Below are positions 1 through 8,899 of a stretch of 21,037 bases of DNA, piece after piece; position 1 is the first letter of the stretch, and the number at the start of each line of letters is the position of its first letter. The stretch lies in NCBI RefSeq assembly GCF_004010195.1, contig NC_057751.1, forward strand, positions 950,665 through 971,701, read 5' to 3'. This stretch comes from Chiloscyllium plagiosum (lineage: Eukaryota). Both the position numbers and the translations under genes were made by a program. A model generated the notes under the pieces. It saw nothing but the letters and a program-made list of their open reading frames with translations. It made no database searches and was not told where the DNA came from.

Positions 1-312
1 AATAAATGGTGTTGCTGTGGGCTCTTCTCTAGGCCCAGCTCTCACTGAGCCTCTCTTAGCTTCTACAAACATTGCATTTTTGATGGAACAACACCTCACC
101 CCCTATGCCTTGCATATTTCCAGTATGTTAGCTATCTTTGATTCGATATACACCAGAATGAGCTCCACTCTATCCTCAAATTCATCTTTCAACTGGAGCA
201 GGTGAACGAGCTGCCTTTCCGATGTGCCAGTTGAAAATTGTACTGTTGGGTTCTCCACTTTGTCTGCCACAGGCCTACCTTCACTGGTCTTTGTGGATGT
301 TGGAATTCATAT
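1..312 (+). mobile_element. Degenerate Penelope-like element, reverse transcriptase fragment (truncated by window start)
   Basis: Frame-hopping translation gives INGVAVGSSLGPAL (GVAMGSPLGP motif), AYFQYV (YFRYVDD-like), LKFIFQLEQVNELPF..DV and VCHRPTFTGL..WNSY (VYRKPT motif), in the PLE RT order. Confidence 0.8.
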
Positions 313-399
313 ATCTCTCCTGCTGTAATATTACAACTTTATAAATTGGGACGATGCTATTTGCTTACCACATAAGCTTAATGGCCAAATATGGTGTAT

Positions 400-1391
400 C
401 AAAGCTTTCCAGTGGATGATCCATCTCAGCCTCCTCCTGAGGTCCCTGATACCACAGATGCAAGGATCCAGCCAGCGGGGCAGACTGTCTGCTGGTTGGA
501 GTCATTCCTGGCCCATAGGAACATGACCGTGGTTATTGGAGGTTGGTCATCTCAGTTCCAAGACATCTGTGCAGGATCTCTTCAGGGCAGTGTCCGAGGC
601 CCAACCATCTTCAGCTGCTTCATCAATGACCTTTCCTCCATTAGAAGGTCTAAAATGGGGATGTTCACTGATGATTGCACAACCTTCAGCACCATTTGCA
701 ATTCCCCAGATGCTGAAGGAGTGCATGTTTAAATACAACAAGATCTGGACAATATCCAGGCTTGGGCTGATAAATGCCAAGTAACATTCACGCCACACAA
801 TGCCAAGCAATGACCATCTCCAATAAAAGACATTCAACGGTGTTATCATCACTGAATACCAACTATCACCCCATCTTATGGGTTACCACTAACCAGAAAC
901 TCAACTGGACTAGCCATTTAAATACAGTGGTGACATGAGCAGGACAGAGGCTAGGTATACTGCAACAAGAACGCACCCCCTGACTCCCAAAAGGCTGTCC
1001 ACCATCTATAACGTACAAGCCAGGAGTGTGATGGGATTCTCCCACTTGCCCTGGATGGGTGCAGCTCCAACAACACTCAAGAAGTTTGACACCATCCAGA
1101 GCAAAACAGCCCATTCAATTGTTATGACATTCACTCCTTCCACCATCAACACTCAATATCAGCAGTGTCTATCACCTATAAGATGCACTGCAGATATTCA
1201 CCAAGACTGCTTAGACAGCACCTTCCAAACCTATGACCACCTCAAGAAGGATCAGAGGAGGAGTTACATGGGAGCACCACCACTGCAAGTTCCCCTCCAA
1301 GTCACTTGTCATCCTGACTTGGAAGTATATCATCGTTCCTTCACTGTCGCTGGGTCAAAATTCTGGAATTGCCTCCCTGAGGGCATTGTGG
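400..1391 (+). mobile_element. Older CR1-clade LINE, ORF2 RT 3' portion (host of the 1404-4220 insertion), with internal deletions
   Basis: WLESFLAHRNMTVVIGG..QGSVRGPTIFSCFINDL..MFTDD (FTDD at 664-675), later LSTIYNVQARSVM..LPWMGAAPTTLKKFDTIQ and KFWNCLPEGIV; stops and frameshifts. Confidence 0.85.
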
Positions 1392-1403
1392 ATTTGATTT
1401 GAG

Positions 1404-4220
1404 AATCAGAGAGTGCATCACAGCGACAGAAACGAAGGATGTTGAGGAAGGTTTGTTTACTGAGTCAGTATGGGTGGAAGATAGGAACAGCAAGGGAACA
1501 GCCACCTCACTGGGGGTTTTCTACAGACCCCTTAACAGCAGTAGAGCGATTTAAGAACTCATAGGCTGGCAGATTTTGGAAAAATGCAGATGTAGCAGGG
1601 TTGTTGTTATGGGGATTTCAACTTTCCCAATATCAACTGGAACCTCCTTAGTGTAGATGGTTTGGATGGATCCGTTTTTGTCAGGTGTATTCAGGAGGGT
1701 TTCCTTACTCAGTATGTAGAGGGGAGAGGTCATTTTGGATTTGGTGCTCAGCAATGAGCCAGGACAGGTGTCAGATCTCACGGTGGGAGAACACTTTGGT
1801 GACAGTGACCACAAGTGCCTTACATTTACCATAGCCTTGGAGAGGGAAAGGAGCAGTTACCAAGGGAAGATATTTAATTGGGGAACAGGAAATTATGACG
1901 CTATCAGACAGGAGCTGGGAAGTACAGACTGGGAGCAATTGTTCCACAGAAGGGGCACAGCAGACATGTGGAGACTGTTCAAGGAGCAGTTGTTGTGAGT
2001 GATGCACAAATTTGCTCCTCTGAGACAGGCAAGAAAGGGGAAGATTAAGGAGCCTCAGATGATGAGAACACAGGAGCTTCTTGTCAACAGGAAGAAGACA
2101 GCTTACGTAAGGTGGAGGAAGCAAGGATCTAGCACAGCTTTAGAGGATTACAGGCTTATTAGAAAGGAGCTCAGAAATGGACTGAGGAGATCCAGGAGGG
2201 GGCACGAAAAAGGCTTGGCAAGAAGGATTAGGGAGAACCCAAAGGCATTTTACTCATTGTGGATTTGATTTGGGAATCAGAGAGTGCATCACAGCGACAG
2301 AAACAAAGGTTGTTGAGGAAGGTTTGTTTACTGAGTCAGTATGGGTGGAAGGTAGGAACAGCAAGGGAACAGCCACCTCATTGGGGGTTTTCTACAGACC
2401 CCTTAACCACAAAAAGGCTTGGCAAGAAGGATTAGGGAGAACCCAAAGGCATTTTACTCATACATGAGGAATAAGAGAATGATCATGGAGAAGATAGGGC
2501 TGGTCAGGGATAGCGGAGGGAACTTGTGTGTGGAGTCTGAGCAGATAGGGGAAGCCCTAAATGAGTTTCTTGCTTTGGTTTTCACTAAGGAAAGGGACCT
2601 TGTTGTGAATGAGAATTTTGAGGAGATGGGATACAGTCTTGACCAGATCAAAATTGATGAAGTTGATATGCTAGAAACTTTGGAAACATTAAGATAGATA
2701 AGTCCCCAGGACCAGACCAGATTTATCCTAGGCTGCTCCGGGAAGCGAGAAAGGAGGTTGCTAAGCGAAGATCTTTGCTTCCTCACTCTCCATGGGATTC
2801 GTACCGGAGGATTGGAAGGAGGCAAATGTTGTTCCTCTTTTCAACAAGAAGGGAAATAGGGAAATCCCTGGCAATTACAGACCAGTCAGTCTTATGTCTG
2901 TGGTCAGCATAGTTTTAGAAAGAATTCTGAGGGATAGGATTTATAACTATTTGGCAAAACACAGCATGATTAAAGGCAGTCAGCATGGCTTTGTGAGGGG
3001 CAGGTCAGGCCTCACAAATCTTATTGAGTTCTTTGAGGAGGTGACGACAGGTCGAAGGTCGAGCAGTGGAGGTGGTGTATATGGACTCCAGCAAGGCATT
3101 TGATAAGGTTCCCCATGGTAGGCTCATTCAGAAAGTCAGGAAGTATGGGATACAGGGAGACATGGCTACCTGGATCCAGAATTGGCTGGTTGACAGAAGG
3201 CAGAGAGTGGTTGTAGATGGAAAGTATTCTGCCTGGAGGACAGTGTTGAGTGGGGTCACACAGGGCTCTGTTCTTGGGCCTCTGCTCTTTGTAGTTTTTA
3301 TAAATGACGTGGATGAGGAGGTTGAGAGATGGGTTAGTAAATTTGCAGATGACATGATGATTGGAGGTGCCGTCAATAGTATCGAGGGATATTACAGGCT
3401 GCAGCGTGACATAGACAGGATGCAGAGCTGGGCTGAGAAATGGCAGATAGAATTCAACCTGGATAAATGCGAAGTGATGCATTTTGGAAGGTCGAACTCG
3501 AATGCTGAATATTGGATTAAAGACAGGATCTTGGCAGTGTGGTGGAACAGAGGGACCTTGGTGTTTAAGTACATAGATCCCTCAAAGTTGCCACCCAAGT
3601 GGATAGGTTGTTAAGAAAATATATGATGTTTTAGCTTTCATTAAAGGGGGATTGAGTTTAAGAACTGCAAGGTTTTGTGACAGCTCTACAAGTCCCTGGT
3701 GAGGCCACACTTGGAATATTGTGTCCAGTTCCTATTATAGGAAAGGTACAGAGGCTTTGGAGAGAGTGCAAAGAAGGTTTACCAGGATGCTGCCTGGACT
3801 GGTGGGCTTGCCTTATGAACAGAGATCGACTAAGCTTGGACTTTTCTCTGTGGAGAGAAGGAGGAAGAGAGGAGACCTGATCGAGGTATACAAGATAATG
3901 AGAGGAATGGATAGAGTCAATAGCCAGAGACTTTTCCCCAGGGCAGGATTGACTGATACGAGGGGTCATAGTTTTAAGATATCAGGAGAAAGGTTTAGAG
4001 CAGACATCAGAGGTAGGTTATTTACACAGAGAGTTGTGAATGCATGGAATGTGTTGCCAGCTGTGGTGGTGGAAGCAGAGCCATTGGGGACATTTAAGTG
4101 ACTGCTGGACATGCACATGGATAGCAGTGAGTTGAGGGGTGTGCGGGTTAAGTTATTTTATTTTACATTGTAGGCCAAAGGGCCTGTTCTGTGTTGTACT
4201 TTTCTATGTTATATGTTCTA
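1404..4220 (+). mobile_element. 5'-truncated CR1 LINE (APE C-terminal part + RT + 3' tail), pseudogenised
   Basis: APE motifs FYRP, SDH (GDSDHKC); RT motifs PGNYRPVSL, QHGFVRGRS, KAFDKVPH, QGSVLGPLLF, FADD (3342-3353); 3' end GGCCAAAGGGCCTGTT followed by a (TTCTATG)n-like tail at 4201-4220; several stops and frameshifts. Confidence 0.95.
2255..2407 (+). repeat. 153-bp copy of 1384-1536 inserted in the CR1, flanked by a ~54-bp direct duplication (2203-2257 / 2408-2461)
   Basis: Direct comparison: CATTGTGGATTTGATTTG...CAGACCCCTTAAC at both sites with 5 substitutions; CAC(G)AAAAAGGCTTGGCAAGAAGG...GCATTTTACTCAT on both sides. Confidence 0.95.
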
Positions 4221-4350
4221 CCTCCAGCACATAGATGACAGCGGTTTAAGAAGGCAGCTCAGAACCACCTTATCGAGGGCCAAAGAGGGATGGGCAATAA
4301 ATGTTCACTCAGCCAAAAATGCCCACTTCCCATAAATGAATTAAAATAAT
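4217..4350 (+). mobile_element. 3' end of the older LINE (continuation of 400-1391)
   Basis: TCTACCT..CAGCGGTTTAAGAAGGCAGCTC..GGGATGGGCAATAAATG..CCCACTTCCCATAAATGAATTAAAA gives the terminal QRFKKAA peptide and a 3' UTR, and continues naturally from WNCLPEGIV at 1391. Confidence 0.8.
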
Positions 4351-4477
4351 GTGAATTTTAAAACCAGTTACGTAGGCCATACACCCAGCTGACTGATGGA
4401 TCTTATTAAACTGCATGTCCCTTTGGCTGTTGTCAACTTGACCTGAACTACCCTAACCTTACAAAAGTCAGAACACA

Positions 4478-4929
4478 GGGAAGAATTTTCCAAGTCAGAA
4501 TTGGAGCAGGCTGCAGTGTATGTCTAGTCTGGCGTGGTCTAGTTGTGTGGATTCCTGTCACCTGGAAGAAGGACTGTTGTCTTCTCCACCACCCTGTCCA
4601 GTAACACCATCATGTCGTTCTGTGCAAAGCGGAGAATGAGCCTTCCTTTCCTCTGGGCCATGAGTGCTGCAGTGTGACCAATTATTCTAGGCTTGCAGCT
4701 TCGGAATAGCCGTGCTGCTGGGCTTTAATTATGTTGCTGGATGTGTGAAAACTAGGTGATCCCAGCAATGGTGAACACCTCTGGCTGTGTGGGTCAGGTT
4801 TCCCTGGAAAAGACACGCAAAATCCCAACTGCATAAGTAACCACGTGAAAGGCAGGAGATTGCATGAGAAAAGTCATTCTGAATCTCAGTTGACAAAACA
4901 CTTCCTCCTGAAATGAGGAAAATTCTTCC
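4478..4929 (-). mobile_element. Non-autonomous PIF/Harbinger-like DNA element with 13-bp TIRs and a Myb/SANT-like N-terminal fragment
   Basis: GGAAGAATTTTCC (4479-4491) and its exact inverse GGAAAATTCTTCC (4917-4929); ACA at 4475-4477 and 4930-4932; minus-strand frame 4661-4539 MAQRKGRLILRFAQNDMMVLLDRVVEKTTVLLPGDRNPHN*. Confidence 0.65.
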
Positions 4930-5337
4930 ACATTCAGCGTGACTCTGTGATTGCTCACCATTTACTGAAAGTCGCCAAGTGTTAAGAATAACACTAACCA
5001 CATTATCAGTCAGGCTTGCAATATTTCTCACCTATGCTTGCTATAACCTGTGTAGATAATATGCAGGGCCCAGCCCTCTGTAGGCAAAATACATTTTGTT
5101 CAGGTGTCATGCCTTTTCAATGAAAGAAAAGCTTGCAGAGCATTATTCCTTGGCACCCACAGACACACACACACTCAGTGCTGCAGCCAGTCTGATGCAC
5201 CATCCAGCAGATATCTCCATCTCCATATGGCACCCAGTCACTAGAATGTCATGGAACCCAATTCAGTGTCTTTCCCAAGCTCAATGACTATCAGTCCTGT
5301 TTGGAGACAAAGCACCAGGGGATGCTGAGATTGCACA

Positions 5338-5424
5338 TTCAGCCATGATCATGTTGAACGGCAGTGCAGACTCGAAGGGCCGAATGGCCTACTCCTGTAC
5401 CTATTTTCTATGTTTCTATGTCTC
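5338..5424 (+). mobile_element. CR1 LINE 3'-end fragment
   Basis: TCAGCCATGATC..GACTCGAAGGGCCGAATGGCCTACTCCTG followed by a (TTTCTATG)2 tail. Confidence 0.8.
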
Positions 5425-5884
5425 TGATTGCCTCTGCACTCAGGATATCCATAAATGATGGAATGTCTTGGAGGACATGGTCCAGAACATTTTGATTAAG
5501 TAGATTTCCTTTTCTTTCATTATAATTTGAAGTTCATTATCTCTCTTTAAAAAGAAAGCAATATTTGATTTTGACTGATGACAATGCCATCCTAATTGGT
5601 ATTTTATAAAAGTGCCAGTGATTTGACAGCAGCAACTGTTGTAATTGGTCTGCATTCATTTCAAGATAAAGCACTTGCTGGAGAGCTGGTCATCATCCCG
5701 ACTTAGACAAGTTGCGTTACGAACATCCAACCGAACTCTCAGAGAGCTCATTTGGCTTAACTGGCCATATCTTCTCTTCTTGTTAATTATTCTTACCGAT
5801 CTTCAACCATGCTGAAGCTGAGGAACATGGAGGAGATTTCATCTCTTGTTCGTACGATTTCCAACCAAATGAGACCATTCTGAT

Positions 5885-7160
5885 ACAAAAAGACAGAAAA
5901 TGCTGAAAACACTCATTGTATCAGGCAGTATCTGTGCAGAAAGAAACAGAGTTAATGGTTTGACTCCATGACGTTTCATCAGAATTGAGAGAACTTAGAA
6001 ATGCAGCATGTTTTCAGGCAGTGAAAGGAGGCATGATAAAGAAGAGAATGTCTGCAGATGGAGGAGAGGTGGATGAAATGATAAAAGACTTCAGGGGGCA
6101 AAAACAAAGGGCAAACATGTCTCAAAAAGGTGTGGATAGCAGCTACGCAGCTATCTGAAGACAGAGCAAAGAAATCAAGAAAGAAACGAGGGAAAATAAA
6201 TAAAAAAGACTGCAAGAAACATAAAACCAAATGATGGCAAAGGTTTTGATCTAAAAGTTTGGAATTCACTGTTGAAGTCAAGTAAACTGAGGTACTGTTC
6301 CTCAAATGAGTGTTGAACTTCTTTGGAACAGGAGGACAAAGAAAGATTGACACTTGAAATGACAGGTGGCAGACTTTACAGGTTGAATGTAAGCAGTGCC
6401 CAGTCCATGTTTTGTCTCTCTGGTACAGAGATGACTACCACACCATGCGGCTCAGTGGTTAGCACTGCTGCCTCACAGCACCAGGGACCTGGGTTCGAGT
6501 CCAACTTCGGGTGACTGTCTGAGTGGAGTTTGCATATTCTCCCCTTGTCTGCGTGTTTTCCTCTGGGTGCTCCATTCTCCTCCCACTGCCCAAAGATGTG
6601 CAGGTTAGATGGATTGGCCATACTAAATTGTCCATAGTGTCCAGGGTTATGCAGGCTGGATGGATTAGCCATGGGAAATGAAGGGTTTTAGGGATAGGGT
6701 AGGTCTGGGTGGGATGCTCTTCAGAGGGTCAGTGTGACTCGATGTGCTGAATGGCCTATTTCCACAGTGTATGAATTTTATACTACATTTAAAAAAGTAC
6801 AAGTCAAAAATGGTGTGACTCTGAAGGAGTGTTTGGGTGATGAGAAAGGAAGAGGTAAAAGAGCATGAACATGTGGCAAGTGGCGAAGGAGTGGATCAGA
6901 AGGATGCTTGGGGAGCAGTCCCTTTGGAATACTGAGTGAGGAACGGAGGGAGATATCTGCTTCGTTGTGGCATTGCACTGGCAGGAAGTAGCAGCGGGTG
7001 ATCCAATGATTGCTGAGGTAATCCTAACAATTTCTGGGTGGAAGCCGAAAGAAACAAGTGAGGACAAATTGACCCGTAAACACACGACTGATGGGAGGAA
7101 GCCTTGTTTGAGAAAGGAAAACATTGGAAGCATTTGATTGGAGTGTCTGAACACAAAGCA
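5885..7160 (-). mobile_element. Degraded Penelope-like element (RT/GIY-YIG C-terminal region plus terminal repeat), interrupted by a SINE at 6443-6782
   Basis: Minus-strand remnants FLKQGF..SVV, FHP, ATTKQISPSVPHSVFQRDCS, and EEQYL..NSEFQTFRS; terminal-repeat sequence ACAGAAAATGCTG..TCAGGCAGTATCTGTG..AGAAACAGAGTTAA resembles the inserts at 12270, 14127 and 20537; decayed CTGATGA core at 5982-5976. Confidence 0.7.
6443..6782 (+). mobile_element. HE1-type tRNA-derived V-SINE, near full length
   Basis: Pol III A box GGCTCAGTGGTTAG (6449-6462), B box GGGTTCGAGTCC (6491-6502); V-domain GGAGTTTGCATATTCTCCCC..TCTGCGTG..CCCAAAGATGTGCAGGTTAG; CR1-like 3' GCTGAATGGCCT. Confidence 0.9.
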
Positions 7161-7957
7161 GTAGGATGCTAGAATTTATAGTTAAGGCAGTTGAGTACAC
7201 CAGGAGGTGCTGATTAAATTACACCTTGAACATTGGTTCATGTTCAGACCAGGATGTACCATCGAGGTCAAGTGTCGGCCTGTGACATGTGGAAGGCACA
7301 GATTTCACTGTGAGAGGTTCACTTAGCCTATAGTGAGATCTAGCAAGCAATCAACGAGGAAGAAAATCTGTCATGTTGACATGCAGTTTTCTAAATTGCC
7401 AAAATGTCATCGTTACAAGAAAATATTGTGGAGTTGTAGTACATGGAGGGCAATTTATTAAAGGTATTTGATTTCCTTTATGGCTGTCTCATATCAGTAT
7501 TGCTGAGAATCACAAAACATTCTACAAATGGAGTGCATTCAGTCTCACTGTGTTTCACGGATGCTGGAATGAAATATAATTTGTCCCTCTGCATCTAATT
7601 ATCTGTCAGCTCCCGATAGTTTGTTTTCTAAATCACCATAACAGCCACAAACTCACAGGTCATAAAGAAAGTGATTCAGCTCAGACAGCTGGCTAATGGG
7701 AGACTAGGAACTGTCAACCAAAAAATTACAGGTGAGCCATGACATGCATTTGTAAGCAGCGCCTGGCAACATCAGGAAACACCTTCCCTCATTTTACCAC
7801 CGTGTTGTTAAAGCTCTGAATTTCACACAGAAACTGAGACCAAAGGTCAGACCAAACCAAAACAGCACATTGACAGATTGGTATGGATTTTAACACGACA
7901 GGTGTCATGTAACTGTGAGATACTAAAAAAAATCTCATATAGAGAGACTTGTGCATT

Positions 7958-8380
7958 CTTTCCTCTACCTCAGAAGGTCATTTGTTCAAATCCAATTTAG
8001 GAGATGTGAGCAAAACCTCTGGGCTGAGATTAGCTGTACTGAAGTGGTGCTGCACTGTTGATGGTGCTCTGTTTCAGATGAGACATTAAATTGAGTCCGA
8101 TCTCCCCTTGCATAAACATAAAAGATCCCACTTTGAAAGATAAGAGCAGGGTGTCCTCCCTCAGTATCCTGATCAATATTTAGCCCTCAGCCAATGGCAC
8201 TAAAACACATCAGCTGATCCTTTCTTTGTTTGACCTTGTCAGAGCTTGCTGTTCACAAATTGGCTGCCACATTCCCTGCATTATAACAGTGAATACCATC
8301 AAAAGTATGTGAATGGTTGTAAAGCACTTTGGGAGGTCCTGAGGTGGTAAAAGATGCTGTAGAAATTCATGTACTTTCTA
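7958..8380 (+). mobile_element. Ancient Deu-domain SINE (SacSINE1/AmnSINE1-like)
   Basis: B-box-like GTTCAAATCC; TTTCAGATGAGACATTAAA; TAAAAGATCCCA..GAGCAGGG..TCCTGATCAATATTTA; GCTTGCTGTTCACAAATTGGCTGCC; tail TGTAAAGCACTTTGGGAGGTCCTGAGGTGGTAAAAGATGCT. Confidence 0.8.
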
Positions 8381-8899
8381 ATCCAGACAAGGGAAAACCA
8401 ATGCCCAATGGCACATGGGGCCTTTACAGCCATCAAGTAGTATTGCCTCCAGAAACATTTGTCAAACCACCCAGGGGATCTAGGAAATATTTAGGGGAGT
8501 GGGAATCAGAGAATTTAAGAGGGAAAGGAACTCAGGTAACCTGATTTTTCCATTTTGACAGAATAATCTTTCATGACTGACAATGAGAAGTGGTCTGAGG
8601 CTGTTTTTCTGGTTGGGAAAGGAATGTGTTTGCTACAGCGAGGTGAAGAAACAGCAAGAGCAGCAAGAAGACTTCTAACGTAAGTCACCTTATACTCATC
8701 TCCTGATTGCTGCTGATTCACTAAAAAGGCTAACTACTGGAACAGATAAACGAGTGAAAGTGCATGTGGATACAGTATAGTTTGATCATAAAATATATCA
8801 GCAACTGTCCCTATCAAATATTTTCATTGATCCGACACATATTTTTGTTTCTCATTTGCATGGTTTCCTGACCAATTTCACCCCATATTCATAAACAAT

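Noticed and set aside
1551..3969. Several minus-strand ORFs of 68-153 aa
   Set aside because: Antisense shadows of CR1 ORF2 with no independent coding signal.
6443..6510. tRNA-like sequence with A and B boxes
   Set aside because: It is the head of an HE1 SINE and runs directly into the V-domain; not a tRNA gene.
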